From Arcobacteraceae bacterium (lineage in GTDB: Bacteria; Campylobacterota; Campylobacteria; Campylobacterales; Arcobacteraceae), in contig OY759974.1 of the NCBI GenBank assembly GCA_963662945.1, forward strand, positions 1,216,001-1,280,000: a DNA stretch of 64,000 bases, given 5' to 3'. Below the pieces are notes generated by a model. That model saw only the letters and a list, made by a program, of their open reading frames with translations. It was not told the DNA's origin and did not search any database. Positions 45,553 to 56,364 of the stretch are shown piece by piece. The stretch's first letter is position 1, and each line of letters starts with the position of its first letter. Both the position numbers and the translations under genes were made by a program.

Positions 45553-45909
45553 ATGGCTAGAATTAGACATTACGAAACTATGTTTATAGTTAAAGCAACA
45601 CTAACTGAGGAAGAAATTCAAGCACAAATCGCTACAGTTAAAGAAAATATCGAAAAAAACGGTGGTGAAATAGTTGCTGTTGATGATATGGGAACAAGAC
45701 AGTTAGCATATGAAATTGAAAAACAAAAAAGAGGTTACTACTACGTAGTATATTTTAAAGCTCCAACTGAAGCTATCAAAGAATTAGAAAGAAATTATAG
45801 AGTTAATGAAAATATCATTAGATTTATCTTTATAAAATCTGAGAGTAAAACAGAAATCCAACATTGGACAAAACTGTCAACTGAAGCTGCAAAAAAAGTT
45901 GCAAAATAA
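45553..45909 (+). CDS. rpsF: 30S ribosomal protein S6
   Basis: [16 protein letters not shown]. Confidence 0.96.
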   Translation: MARIRHYETMFIVKATLTEEEIQAQIATVKENIEKNGGEIVAVDDMGTRQLAYEIEKQKRGYYYVVYFKAPTEAIKELERNYRVNENIIRFIFIKSESKTEIQHWTKLSTEAAKKVAK

Positions 45910-45937
45910 TTAAAGCCTAATTGCAAAGGGGTCTAAT

Positions 45938-46456
45938 ATGTACAATAAAGTGATTATGATAGGAAATCTTACGAGAGATATCGAACTGAAATACCTTCCA
46001 AGCGGAAGTGCTATAGCAAAAGGTGCCCTAGCGACTAGCCACAAATACAAAATGCAAACTGGTGAACAAAAAGAAGAAGTTTGTTTTATCGATTTTTCTG
46101 TATTTGGTAAAGGTGGAGAGATTCTTAATCAATATGTACGAAAAGGCTCAAAAGTTATGCTTGAGGGTAGATTAGTATTTGAACAATGGCAAGCACAAGA
46201 TGGTAGCAATAGAAGTAGACACACACTAAGAGTTGAAGAGTTTAAATTTTTAGACACTAAAAACGACTCTATGAGTGGTGGAAACTATAGTGCACCTCAG
46301 ATGCAACAGCCAAATGCTCAAATGCAACAACCACAACAACAGTATAATCAACCAATGCAAAACAACTATAATAATCAGCAATCTGGTGGTATGTATAACT
46401 CTTATGAGCAAAACATCCCAACAATAGATATAGACAACGACGAAATACCGTTTTAG
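45938..46456 (+). CDS. ssb: Single-stranded DNA-binding protein
   Basis: [12 protein letters not shown]; acidic DEIPF tail. Confidence 0.97.
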   Translation: MYNKVIMIGNLTRDIELKYLPSGSAIAKGALATSHKYKMQTGEQKEEVCFIDFSVFGKGGEILNQYVRKGSKVMLEGRLVFEQWQAQDGSNRSRHTLRVEEFKFLDTKNDSMSGGNYSAPQMQQPNAQMQQPQQQYNQPMQNNYNNQQSGGMYNSYEQNIPTIDIDNDEIPF

Positions 46457-46500
46457 CCTTTATCTTAAATGAAAAACAAAATATAATAAAAGGAAATATT

Positions 46501-46761
46501 ATGGCTGAAAGAAGAAAATTCGCAAAAAAATACTGTAAATACAGTGCAATGAAATTAGATTTTATTGATTATAAAGATGCAGATCTTTTAAAAATATCTA
46601 TGTCTGAAAGAGGAAAAATTATGCCTCGAAGACTTACTGGTACATCTAAAAGACACCAAGAGCAAGTTGAAAATGCTATCAAAAGAGCAAGACATATGGC
46701 ACTTGTACCATATATCGTAAATACTAGTGATTTAACAGATTCTGCTTATTCAAAAAGATAA
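46501..46761 (+). CDS. rpsR: 30S ribosomal protein S18
   Basis: [24 protein letters not shown]. Confidence 0.97.
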   Translation: MAERRKFAKKYCKYSAMKLDFIDYKDADLLKISMSERGKIMPRRLTGTSKRHQEQVENAIKRARHMALVPYIVNTSDLTDSAYSKR

Positions 46762-46784
46762 TCTTTAAGATAAACTAGATTTAT

Positions 46785-46822
46785 AAAAGGGGAGTTTCTT
46801 CATTGAAACTTCCCTTTTTTTT
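46785..46822 (+). terminator. Intrinsic terminator of rpsF-ssb-rpsR
   Basis: AAAAGGGGAGTTTC/GAAACTTCCCTTTT stem plus U-tract. Confidence 0.88.
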
Positions 46823-46956
46823 AGCCCCAAAATCAGTTTGGGTACATTCATCTTTAAATTCCTATTTCACAATATTACTTTTTCTTATTTAAGTAACTAT
46901 AAAGTAAAGCTTATTTATAGTTTAACTATAACTATTTTATTTATAAAGGCAATAAA

Positions 46957-47871
46957 ATGAAAAAACTAGCACTCCTACTTTTAACTTTTAGCACATTTAT
47001 GTTTGGCTACGATGTACATATCCTTTCTCAAGAAAATAAAGATGGCAAAGTAACTCCAAAAACAATTGAAGCGGAGTTTAAAAAAGCAGGCTTCTATATT
47101 TCTGATAATAAAGATATGAATACCCCTTTTATGCATCAGTTTAAAAATAAACATTACAAAACATATAACTTGTTGACACTCTATCCAGTAGATATAGTAA
47201 AAAATATTATACAGAGATATCCTAGTATTGGACTTTTTACACCACTAAGTATGGCAATTTTTACCCAAAAAGGGAGTGATAGAATTAATGTTTCATATTT
47301 AACAAGTGATGCCTTGTCAAAAATAACAAAGATTCCACAAAAAGAGTTAAAACCTCTTGAGATGGCTGTGCGAAAAGCATTAATGTATGCTCTTCCAAAG
47401 GGGGAGTATGAAGTATTGGAATATGAAATATCAAAAACAGATAAAACCCTTGTAACAAAAACACAATTAGAACTAGACAGTAAAAAGTGGGCAGAAGAGA
47501 TAGAAACTTTCATTGAAGAGCTTGAGAAAAAACTGGAGCTCGTTGGATTTGTGCAGGCATCTTATACAGATATAAATTATGACTTGAAAAAAAATAAAAA
47601 TAATCAATATGATTTTTTTGCTTCAGAATCAATATGTAAATTGCCTGTTATCTACTCAGTATCAAAGTTGCGTCCTGAAGCGGGAGCTTTTGCACCTTGT
47701 GCAATCTCAATCTATAAAAAGAAAAAAGAAAATACACTCTATATTGAATATCCAAATGTTTACAATTGGATATCTTCACTTTCCTTGGAGGATAAAGAAT
47801 CTATTGATATTTTATTAAAATCACAACAACAGTTAGATTCAATACTAAAAAAAATAAATGAAAAAAAATAA
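46957..47871 (+). CDS. Secreted tandem DUF302-like protein
   Basis: Signal peptide; two repeats (PSIGLFTPLSMAIF and PEAGAFAPCAISIY). Confidence 0.72.
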   Translation: MKKLALLLLTFSTFMFGYDVHILSQENKDGKVTPKTIEAEFKKAGFYISDNKDMNTPFMHQFKNKHYKTYNLLTLYPVDIVKNIIQRYPSIGLFTPLSMAIFTQKGSDRINVSYLTSDALSKITKIPQKELKPLEMAVRKALMYALPKGEYEVLEYEISKTDKTLVTKTQLELDSKKWAEEIETFIEELEKKLELVGFVQASYTDINYDLKKNKNNQYDFFASESICKLPVIYSVSKLRPEAGAFAPCAISIYKKKKENTLYIEYPNVYNWISSLSLEDKESIDILLKSQQQLDSILKKINEKK

Positions 47872-47977
47872 AAATAGCGTAGAGGATACTAAATTTAGAG
47901 TTAGCTTAATCATTTTAATAGACATTATATAAAGATTTAGATATAATCGCGAAAATTTATATAAAAAGAAGACAAAA

Positions 47978-49792
47978 ATGAGAGAAATAAGAAACATCGC
48001 GGTTATAGCACACGTTGACCACGGTAAAACTACACTTGTAGATGAGCTTTTAAAACAATCAGGAACGTTTGGAGAAAGAGCTGAACTTGAAGATAGAATG
48101 ATGGATAGCAATGATATCGAAAAAGAAAGAGGTATCACAATTCTTGCTAAAAATACAGCAATTGACTATAAAGATGTAAGAATTAACATCATTGACACTC
48201 CGGGCCATGCTGACTTTGGTGGAGAAGTAGAACGAGTTTTAAAAATGGTTGACTGTGTACTTTTACTAGTTGATGCACAAGAAGGTGTTATGCCACAAAC
48301 TAAGTTTGTTGTTAAAAAAGCACTAGAAATTGGACATAGACCAATTGTTGTTGTAAATAAAATCGATAAACCAGCTGCAGAACCAGATAGAGTTGTTGAT
48401 GAAGTATTTGACCTATTTGACCAAATGGGTGCAACAGAAGAACAATTAGAATTCCCAGTTGTATATGCAGCTGCAAAAAATGGTATTTCTAAATTATCTT
48501 TAGAAGATGATAATGATAATATGATTCCTCTACTTGATATGATTTTAGAAGAAGTTCCAGCACCAACAGGAAGTGATGAGAATGGGCTTCAATTACAAGT
48601 ATTTACACTAGGTTATGATAACTTTATAGGTAAAATTGGTATTGCTAGAATTTTCAACGGTACTATTTCTATGGGTGAAACTGTTATGCTTGTTAAAGCA
48701 GATGGTGAAAAAGTAACTGGAAGAATTACTAAACTAATTGGTTTCAAAGGTTTAGAAAAAATGGATATTAAACAAGCTGGTCATGGAGATATTGTTGCTA
48801 TTGCTGGTTTTGAAACTGTTGATGTTGGAGATTCATTATGTGATCCTAAAAACCCAATGCCACTAGATCCATTACATATTGAAGAGCCAACTTTATCTGT
48901 AACATTTGCAGTAAATAACTCTCCACTTGCAGGAACAGAAGGAAAATTTGTAACAGCAAATAAAATCCAAGAAAGACTTGAAGCTGAAATGAACACTAAT
49001 ATTGCAATGCAATATGAAGGAAAAGGTGAAGGTGCATTTGAAGTAAGAGGAAGAGGTGAGCTACAAATCACAATTCTAGCTGAAAATATGAGAAGAGAAG
49101 GTTTTGAATTTTCTATTTCAAGACCAGAAGTTATTGTTAGAATTGTAGATGGTGTAAAAATGGAACCATTTGAACATCTAGTGTGTGATGTTCCTGATGA
49201 ATTTACAGGAACAGTTATCGAAACTCTTGGAAAAAGAAAAGCAGTAATGTCAAATATGGCTCCTATGGGTGATGGTCAAACAAGATTAGAGTTTGAAATC
49301 CCTGCACGAGGACTTATTGGATACAGAGGACAATTCCTTACAGATACAAAAGGTGAGGGTGTTATGAACCACTCATTCTTAGAATTTAGACCATATTCAG
49401 GAACTGTAACAAGTAGAATGAATGGAGCATTAGTATCAACAGAACTTGGAGAAGCGGTTGCTTACTCAATTTTTAACCTTCAAGATAGAGGGGTTATGTT
49501 TGTTTCTCCACAAGATAAAGTGTATGCTGGTATGGTTATTGGTGAGCACTCAAGAGCAAATGACCTTGATGTTAATCCAGTTAAAGCAAAACAACAATCT
49601 AACGTAAGATCTTCAGGAGCTGATGAAGCAATTAAAATTATTCCAGCAAGAGATATGTCATTAGAGCACGCTTTAGAATGGATTGAAGATGATGAACTTG
49701 TAGAAGTAACTCCTGTTACAATTAGAATAAGAAAAAGAGAATTAGACCCTTCAAAAAGAAGAAGAGCAGAAAAAATCAAAAAAGGTTTATAA
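47978..49792 (+). CDS. typA: Translational GTPase TypA/BipA
   Basis: [33 protein letters not shown]. Confidence 0.97.
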   Translation: MREIRNIAVIAHVDHGKTTLVDELLKQSGTFGERAELEDRMMDSNDIEKERGITILAKNTAIDYKDVRINIIDTPGHADFGGEVERVLKMVDCVLLLVDAQEGVMPQTKFVVKKALEIGHRPIVVVNKIDKPAAEPDRVVDEVFDLFDQMGATEEQLEFPVVYAAAKNGISKLSLEDDNDNMIPLLDMILEEVPAPTGSDENGLQLQVFTLGYDNFIGKIGIARIFNGTISMGETVMLVKADGEKVTGRITKLIGFKGLEKMDIKQAGHGDIVAIAGFETVDVGDSLCDPKNPMPLDPLHIEEPTLSVTFAVNNSPLAGTEGKFVTANKIQERLEAEMNTNIAMQYEGKGEGAFEVRGRGELQITILAENMRREGFEFSISRPEVIVRIVDGVKMEPFEHLVCDVPDEFTGTVIETLGKRKAVMSNMAPMGDGQTRLEFEIPARGLIGYRGQFLTDTKGEGVMNHSFLEFRPYSGTVTSRMNGALVSTELGEAVAYSIFNLQDRGVMFVSPQDKVYAGMVIGEHSRANDLDVNPVKAKQQSNVRSSGADEAIKIIPARDMSLEHALEWIEDDELVEVTPVTIRIRKRELDPSKRRRAEKIKKGL

Positions 49793-49793
49793 T

Positions 49794-50204
49794 ATAAAGT
49801 TTTCAATAAACTCTTTATGCCCTTGTGGTTCTGGCAACAAATATAAAAAATGTTGCCAGCCTTTTCACAAAGGGAAACTTCCCAAAACAGCACTTGAATT
49901 AATGAAATCTAGATACTGTGCATACGCACTTTCAAATGCAAAATATATTATAAATACTACACATAAAAATAATCCTGACTATACAAATGATACAGATAAA
50001 TGGTTAAAAGATATACAAGATTTTGTAACTGTTTGTGAATTCAGAAAACTAGAAATAATAGAGTTCAAAGCCCTTGAAAACAGTGCTTTTGTTACTTTTA
50101 GAGCAACCATATTTTGTAATAATGAAGATTGTAGTTTTACAGAGAAAAGTGAATTTATAAAAGAAAATTATAAATGGCTCTATTTAAGTGGCATCTTTTT
50201 ATGA
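49794..50204 (+). CDS. ychJ: YchJ family protein with N-terminal SEC-C motif
   Basis: In-frame CPCGSGNKYKKCCQPFH upstream of the track's ATG; LMKSRY, VTFRA, EKSEF, WLY. Proposed ATA start at 49794. Confidence 0.85.
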   Translation: MKFSINSLCPCGSGNKYKKCCQPFHKGKLPKTALELMKSRYCAYALSNAKYIINTTHKNNPDYTNDTDKWLKDIQDFVTVCEFRKLEIIEFKALENSAFVTFRATIFCNNEDCSFTEKSEFIKENYKWLYLSGIFL

Positions 50205-50247
50205 AACTTATTGTAAACTGTTGATACTTAATTAGAAAAGGAAAAAA

Positions 50248-50514
50248 ATGCAAATTTACGTTGGTAATATGAATTACAGAACTACAGAAGAGGATATCAA
50301 CAAACTATTTAGCCAATTTGGAGAAGTAGCATCAGTTAAACTGATCAGTGATAGAGAAACAGGAAGAGCTAAAGGATTTGGTTTCGTAACTATGAATGAT
50401 GATAGTGCGGCAAAAGAAGCTATTGAAGCATTAAATGAAAAAGAATTCGAAGGAAGATCTTTAAGAATTAATGAAGCTAAACCTAGAGAAGAAAGACCAA
50501 GAAGAGAATACTAA
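50248..50514 (+). CDS. RRM-type RNA-binding protein
   Basis: IYVGNM (RNP2) and KGFGFVTM (RNP1). Confidence 0.94.
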   Translation: MQIYVGNMNYRTTEEDINKLFSQFGEVASVKLISDRETGRAKGFGFVTMNDDSAAKEAIEALNEKEFEGRSLRINEAKPREERPRREY

Positions 50515-50660
50515 TCTTGTAAAACTTCCAAACCGTTTTAGTTTCCACTACAACGGTTCTTTTTCGTTCAACTCCCCTATTCAAAAAACCAAATTTGATT
50601 TGGTATTAAATAAAATTTAGATACAATAATAGCCATTATATTAAAATTAAGGTTCATACT

Positions 50661-51230
50661 GTGAGTTTAAAAGATAACATTGACTATGTAAAAAAAGAGA
50701 TTTCTACTGAAGAAAGTTTTATGGAAAGTTTTTTCAAAATTGAAAAATTCTATAAAAAATACAAATCAGCAATCATTGGGATAGTAGCTATAGCAGTTGT
50801 TGGAACAATTGGATACTACATATCAAACTATATAAATCTTCAAAATAAAATAGAAGCCAATAAAGCATTTAACCAACTATTAGAAGATCCAAACAATAAA
50901 GAAGCATTAGCAATATTAAAAGAAAAAAACAAAAAACTTTATGATATTACACTTTTTATGCAAGATTCTAGTGCTAATAATGAAGTTGAGTTTCTAAAAG
51001 AATTAAGTTCTTATTCTCAAGCAATTAAAGAACAAGATATAGATAAACTAACAACTGTAACTCAAAGTCAAAACTTTTTATTAAAAGATTTTGCACTTTT
51101 TAACAAAGCATTAATATTAGTTCAAAAACAACAATATAAAGAAGCAAAAGAAGCTATTAAACAAATACCTGAAAATTCAAATTTAAATGTATTAGTTAAA
51201 ATGCTTGAACATTACCTATTGACAAAATAA
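50661..51230 (+). CDS. YfgM-like membrane-anchored TPR protein
   Basis: Single TM helix then helical repeats; upstream of a BamB-like gene. Confidence 0.65.
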   Translation: MSLKDNIDYVKKEISTEESFMESFFKIEKFYKKYKSAIIGIVAIAVVGTIGYYISNYINLQNKIEANKAFNQLLEDPNNKEALAILKEKNKKLYDITLFMQDSSANNEVEFLKELSSYSQAIKEQDIDKLTTVTQSQNFLLKDFALFNKALILVQKQQYKEAKEAIKQIPENSNLNVLVKMLEHYLLTK

Positions 51231-51241
51231 AAAGGGCAATT

Positions 51242-52234
51242 ATGAAAAAATCAATTTTATTAGTATTAGTATCTTTTTTAGTAATACTATTTCAAGGGTG
51301 TAGTACTAAAAAATATTATGAACCAGAAGTTGTCTACGATAGTAATATTCCAGTATATGATTTAGGTTCTAAAATAGTAGATATCAATAGTGATGGTGCA
51401 ACTTTAGATGATGGAAAGTTTGTATCAAAAGAGGGACTATCAAGTGAATTTTTAGAAGAAGGTTATAAATTTCTAAATAAAAATCATGGTGTATTGCTTT
51501 CAACAAATTATGAAGCTTTTTTAGCAATAACAAAAGATGGACACACTGAAAAAATTCAATTTGATAAAAATATAATTTCTGCAACAATTGAAAATAATCT
51601 TGTAGCTATGAGTTTTATTGATAACTCAATCTCTTTATATGATATAAAAGAAAAGAAAGTACTTTTTAAAGAGTATTTTACTATTTCTATTTTAAATGAT
51701 ATACGAATAACAAATCCTATTTTTTTAACAAGTCTTATTCTTTTCCCTACACTTGATGGAAAAATAGTAATCGTTGATAAAAATAAAAAAACAATCTATA
51801 AAACTATTAATTTAGATCCACAAAATGATATACATAATATTATATATCTTAATGCAATTGGAAATACACTCGTTGCTGCAACACCAAACAAAATATTTAG
51901 TTTTGTAAATGGTAGAGTAAAAATTTTAGAGATGGATATAAAAAATGTTGCTGTAAATGATAAAAATATTTATGTGGCAACTCTTGATGGAAGAGTTATA
52001 AAATATGATGAAAAATTGAATGAACTAGATAGTAAAAAATTTAAATTTGCAAAGTTTCATGCTATGGTATTTGGAGATAATCTTTATATTTTAGAATCAC
52101 AAGGATATCTTATCCAAATAGATAAAGATTTTCAAAATGTATCTGTGATTGATTTCTCTTTTGATGAAAAAGAGAAAGTTGTTGCAGTTGATGACACAAT
52201 TTATTTTGAAGACAACTATATTACTTTAAAATAA
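51242..52234 (+). CDS. Beta-propeller lipoprotein (BamB/PQQ-repeat-like)
   Basis: Lipobox FQGC; repeated TLDG strands. Confidence 0.68.
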   Translation: MKKSILLVLVSFLVILFQGCSTKKYYEPEVVYDSNIPVYDLGSKIVDINSDGATLDDGKFVSKEGLSSEFLEEGYKFLNKNHGVLLSTNYEAFLAITKDGHTEKIQFDKNIISATIENNLVAMSFIDNSISLYDIKEKKVLFKEYFTISILNDIRITNPIFLTSLILFPTLDGKIVIVDKNKKTIYKTINLDPQNDIHNIIYLNAIGNTLVAATPNKIFSFVNGRVKILEMDIKNVAVNDKNIYVATLDGRVIKYDEKLNELDSKKFKFAKFHAMVFGDNLYILESQGYLIQIDKDFQNVSVIDFSFDEKEKVVAVDDTIYFEDNYITLK

Positions 52235-53070
52235 TGACTGATATTATAGTTGCTTTCAAAGAGCATTTAACTATAATAAAATCATTATCAACTCATACTG
52301 TTAATGCATATGTCAGTGATGTAGAAGATTTTGAAGATTTTTTACATCAACAAAAAATAGAACTTATAAACTCAACAAGTGAAGAGCTTATAAGTTATCT
52401 TAAAACAATAGATAATCCACGAACACAAAATAGACGTTTAAGCAGTATCAATAGTTTTTATAACTTTTGTAATCAATCTTTCGATACAAAGGAAACACCT
52501 AAAGCATCTTTTGCAAAATTACCTAAAACACTCCCTAAATATTTGTCAAATGAAGAAATTATGACAAATTTACAACTTATAGATAAAACAAAAGAACTAG
52601 GTCTTCGAGATTTTGCAATGATACTTTTTTTATATGCTACTGGTGTAAGAGTAAGTGAACTTATACAAATTAAAAAAAATGATATAGAAGATACACTTAT
52701 TAAAATTCTCTATGCAAAAGGTTCAAAACAAAGAGTTGTTCCTATAGCAAAAGTAGCTTTAAATGCCTTATATGAATATCTAAATACAAGAAAAATAAAA
52801 AGTAATTATCTCTTTATAAATTACAAAGGTGAACCAATAAGTAGAATATCTGTATATAAAATTACTAAAAAATATTTTAATGTATCTCCCCATGTTTTCA
52901 GACACTCTTATGCTACAAGTTTAATTTTAGGAGGGGCTGATTTAATGGTAGTTAGTGAACTTTTAGGACATACAAATATAGAAACAACACAAATATATAC
53001 ACACATTCAACAGCAACATCTTAATGAAACAATAAAACAATTCCATCCTCTCAATAGGAGAAGTGCATGA
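52234..53070 (+). CDS. xerD: XerC/D-like tyrosine recombinase
   Basis: YATGVRVSEL, KG.KQR.VP, HVFRHSYAT, LLGH...TTQIYTH. Confidence 0.85.
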   Translation: MTDIIVAFKEHLTIIKSLSTHTVNAYVSDVEDFEDFLHQQKIELINSTSEELISYLKTIDNPRTQNRRLSSINSFYNFCNQSFDTKETPKASFAKLPKTLPKYLSNEEIMTNLQLIDKTKELGLRDFAMILFLYATGVRVSELIQIKKNDIEDTLIKILYAKGSKQRVVPIAKVALNALYEYLNTRKIKSNYLFINYKGEPISRISVYKITKKYFNVSPHVFRHSYATSLILGGADLMVVSELLGHTNIETTQIYTHIQQQHLNETIKQFHPLNRRSA

Positions 53071-53714
53071 TACTTTGTGATATAGGAAATACCACTTTTC
53101 ACTTTAAAATGAAAAATAAAGATTTTAAAATAGGTGTTAATGAACCATTGGTCAAAATTAAAAAAGTAAAAGAACAAATATACTTTTTAAGTGTTAATAA
53201 AAAAGCAACAAAAAAGCTTTTAAAAAACTTTCCAAGTGCTATTGATATATCTTGTTATATAAATTTTGAAACTACCTACAAAGGGATGGGTGTAGATAGG
53301 CAAATAATCTGTAAATATAAAGAAAATGGTATTTTAGTAGATGTTGGAAGTGCAATTACAGTTGATATTATGAAAAAAGGGGAACATTTAGGAGGATTTA
53401 TACTCCCAGGAATTGGTGCATATAAAAGAATTTATCCAAATATCTCAAAAAAACTATCCTTTAAATTTGATACTGATATAAATTTAGATAAAATTCCACT
53501 TATAACAAATGATGCAATCAATTATTCAATTTTAAATTCAATAATTGCACCCATTAAAAATATTTACAAAAAATATAAGACACCAATTTATTTTACTGGT
53601 GAAGATAGTAAACTATTACTCTCGTATTTTGATAACATACCGCATAAATATAAAAAGAATTTAATATTTAATAGTATGAAAAAAGTAATAGATAAGAATA
53701 TAAAAGGAAAATAG
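53067..53714 (+). CDS. coaX: Type III pantothenate kinase
   Basis: DIGNT, GVDR, VDVGSAITVD, GGFILPG. Confidence 0.92.
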   Translation: MILCDIGNTTFHFKMKNKDFKIGVNEPLVKIKKVKEQIYFLSVNKKATKKLLKNFPSAIDISCYINFETTYKGMGVDRQIICKYKENGILVDVGSAITVDIMKKGEHLGGFILPGIGAYKRIYPNISKKLSFKFDTDINLDKIPLITNDAINYSILNSIIAPIKNIYKKYKTPIYFTGEDSKLLLSYFDNIPHKYKKNLIFNSMKKVIDKNIKGK

Positions 53715-54320
53715 ATGTTAACAATAGCTCTACCAAAAGGTAGAATTGCCGAACAAACTTTAGAAAAATTTGAAAAAGTATTTAGAGAAAAGTTTGTTTT
53801 TGAAGATAGAAAACTAATCTTGGAAAAAGCTGGTTTTACATTTTTAAATGTACGAAATCAAGATGTACCAACTTATGTTATGCATGGAGCTGCTGATTTA
53901 GGAGTAGTTGGACTTGATGTACTTGAAGAAAAGGAATATGACTTAATCAAACTTCTTGATTTAAAAATTGGTCAATGTAAAGTTGCTATTGGTTTAAAAG
54001 CAGGTGATTCAATAGATTGGACAAAGTCAGAAATCACAGTTGCTACAAAACACGAAAAAATAGCAAAAAGATTTTTTGAACAAAAAGCAATGGCTGTAAA
54101 TATTGTAAAACTCTATGGTTCTATTGAGTTAGCACCACTTGTTGAACTTAGCGATTGTATCGTTGATATCGTTGAGACAGGTGAGACTATGAAACAAAAT
54201 GGTCTTGAAGTAGGCGATACTATTATGCAAAGTAGCGTATATCTTATCTCAAATAAAAACTCTTATTATAGTAAAAAAGAGCAAATCTTAGATTTACGAG
54301 AAAAGCTTGCAACCACTTGA
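53715..54320 (+). CDS. hisG: ATP phosphoribosyltransferase (short form)
   Basis: IALPKGR, GSIELAP, DIVETGET. Confidence 0.95.
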   Translation: MLTIALPKGRIAEQTLEKFEKVFREKFVFEDRKLILEKAGFTFLNVRNQDVPTYVMHGAADLGVVGLDVLEEKEYDLIKLLDLKIGQCKVAIGLKAGDSIDWTKSEITVATKHEKIAKRFFEQKAMAVNIVKLYGSIELAPLVELSDCIVDIVETGETMKQNGLEVGDTIMQSSVYLISNKNSYYSKKEQILDLREKLATT

Positions 54321-55002
54321 TTTATACGCTACCATTGAAGAGCATCTTGATTTTAAAGAAGAAGTAGAACATCTTTATAATTCTATTGCTCATATAGTAT
54401 TTGCCATAAATCCTAAAAAAGTTATCGATATTGGTTGTGGACAAGGTGATTTTTGTCAAATACTAAAAGACAACAATATTAAAAGTTTAGGTGTTGATTT
54501 AAGTGCTAAGCAAATCGAAATAGCCCAATCAAAAGGTATAAATGCTCAGTGTATTGATATCAAAAATTGTCACGAAAAATTTGATTGTGCAACAGCGGTG
54601 TTTGATGTTATCAATTATATTCCCCAAACTACACTCAAAGAGTTTTTAACACATACCTATAATCTTCTTGAAAACAATGGTTACTTCATCTTTGATATTA
54701 ATACTTACTATGGTTTTGAAGAAGTAGCACAAGGTACTCTAACAATAGATACAGATGATAAATTTATAGCTATAGATGCAAATTTTGAAGATAATTGTTT
54801 AGCAACAGATATCACATTATTTACAAAAGAAACAACTTTGTATAAAAAAGATTATGGTACTATTAAACAATTTTATCATGAAACAGAAGAATTAAAAAAT
54901 GTTCTTAAATCTATAGGATTTAAGATAGAAAATATTATAAATTTTAATCTTCATAGTGATGAAGATTTTGATAAATTAATATTTATTTGCAAAAAGGCTT
55001 AA
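54307..55002 (+). CDS. Class I SAM-dependent methyltransferase
   Basis: IDIGCGQG, GVDLS, FIFDIN. Confidence 0.88.
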   Translation: MQPLDLYATIEEHLDFKEEVEHLYNSIAHIVFAINPKKVIDIGCGQGDFCQILKDNNIKSLGVDLSAKQIEIAQSKGINAQCIDIKNCHEKFDCATAVFDVINYIPQTTLKEFLTHTYNLLENNGYFIFDINTYYGFEEVAQGTLTIDTDDKFIAIDANFEDNCLATDITLFTKETTLYKKDYGTIKQFYHETEELKNVLKSIGFKIENIINFNLHSDEDFDKLIFICKKA

Positions 55003-55003
55003 A

Positions 55004-55468
55004 ATGATTTTTAATATTATAGAAGATATTGAATATAAAGAGATGCTTGAAGGACAAATCTTTGAAGTTATCGAGTTTTTAATAGATAAAGGGGAAGAGT
55101 TTTCTATTACTGCAAATATTAATGGAGTAAAATTCAATCCAGAAATACCTTCAAGTATAGCAGAAAACTTTCCTCATTTCACACTTTTTACATTAGCTAA
55201 CTATACCTATACTACGATTCAATTAACTGAAACAGATATTAGTTTTGAGACAGGTTTTGGTGCTGAAAATTTTGGTTCTATTGTTACAATACCTTTACAT
55301 GCTATATTTCAAATTGTTATTGATGAATCAATTTTATTTTTAAATCCAACTGCCACAGTAAATAAATATTTCAAAAAACAAGAAAAAAATCAGGAAACAT
55401 CTATAGATCAAGAAACGCGATCAAAAAATGCTTTTATGATGAATAGTAAAAATAAGAAATTGTTTTAA
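55004..55468 (+). CDS. Conserved hypothetical protein
   Basis: 154-aa ORF with RBS; FETGFGAENFGS segment. Confidence 0.72.
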   Translation: MIFNIIEDIEYKEMLEGQIFEVIEFLIDKGEEFSITANINGVKFNPEIPSSIAENFPHFTLFTLANYTYTTIQLTETDISFETGFGAENFGSIVTIPLHAIFQIVIDESILFLNPTATVNKYFKKQEKNQETSIDQETRSKNAFMMNSKNKKLF

Positions 55469-55469
55469 T

Positions 55470-56360
55470 CTAAGAAGAGAGTAAATCTTTCAAACTTTGT
55501 TGAGGACTCTTCCCATCAAGGATAAGCTTTACCTCATTTGCTATTGGTGTATATATATTATTTTCTTGTGAAAGTTTATAAATAGCTTCACTCGTTTTTA
55601 CACCTTCAGCTACTTCACCTAACTCTTCTAAAATTATGTCAAGTGATTTTCCCTTTGCAAGTCCTAGCCCTACTCTAAAGTTACGGCTTAAAGTACTTGA
55701 AGCAGTTAAAAACAAATCCCCTGCCCCACTTAATCCTATAAAAGTATCTTTATGCGAACCATAATATGAACCAAATCTATCCATCTCTACAAGTCCTCGT
55801 GAGATTAAAGAAGCTCTTGCATTTTGACCAAGTTTAAGTCCATCACAAATACCACTTGCAATTGCCAATACATTTTTATATGCCCCAGCTATCTCTGCAC
55901 CTATTACATCATCACTATAATAAGTTTTAATAAATTTTGGAAATAATGGCGCAAATTCTTCATACAATTCTTTTGAAGTTGAATTAAGTACAAGTGCTGT
56001 AGGTAAACCTTGTATCACTTCACTAGCAAATGAAGGGCCGGAGATAAATCCAAGATTATCAGAGGGGAGGAACTCTTCATAAATATCTTTTAAAAAAGCA
56101 CCCGTTGATGCTTCAATCCCTTTTGCTGCTACAAGTATCTTTTGATTTTTATAAACAAAATTTTCTTTAAGCCACTCTCGTATTTGTTGTGCAGGAATTG
56201 CTATAACTAAAAATTCACAATCTAATGCTTCTTCCAATGTAACAAAATTCTCTATATCTCTTTTTGTTCTACTTGTAATCAAACATTTTTGATTTTGACT
56301 TAATGCGAAATGTAGAGCTTGCCCCCACTTACCTGCACCTATAACACAAATAGAACTCAT
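55470..56360 (-). CDS. gpsA: NAD(P)H-dependent glycerol-3-phosphate dehydrogenase
   Basis: GAGKWG, KGIE, SGPSFA, KNV, GDLFLT, SRN. Confidence 0.95.
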   Translation of the reverse strand: MSSICVIGAGKWGQALHFALSQNQKCLITSRTKRDIENFVTLEEALDCEFLVIAIPAQQIREWLKENFVYKNQKILVAAKGIEASTGAFLKDIYEEFLPSDNLGFISGPSFASEVIQGLPTALVLNSTSKELYEEFAPLFPKFIKTYYSDDVIGAEIAGAYKNVLAIASGICDGLKLGQNARASLISRGLVEMDRFGSYYGSHKDTFIGLSGAGDLFLTASSTLSRNFRVGLGLAKGKSLDIILEELGEVAEGVKTSEAIYKLSQENNIYTPIANEVKLILDGKSPQQSLKDLLSS

Positions 56361-56364
56361 GAAA

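Noticed and set aside
46290-46400. CAA-rich repeats in ssb
   Set aside because: Ordinary Q/N-rich SSB linker
52234-53070. Tyrosine recombinase as a sign of an integrated element
   Set aside because: Embedded and translationally coupled in a housekeeping operon (coaX, hisG); no att repeats or cargo seen
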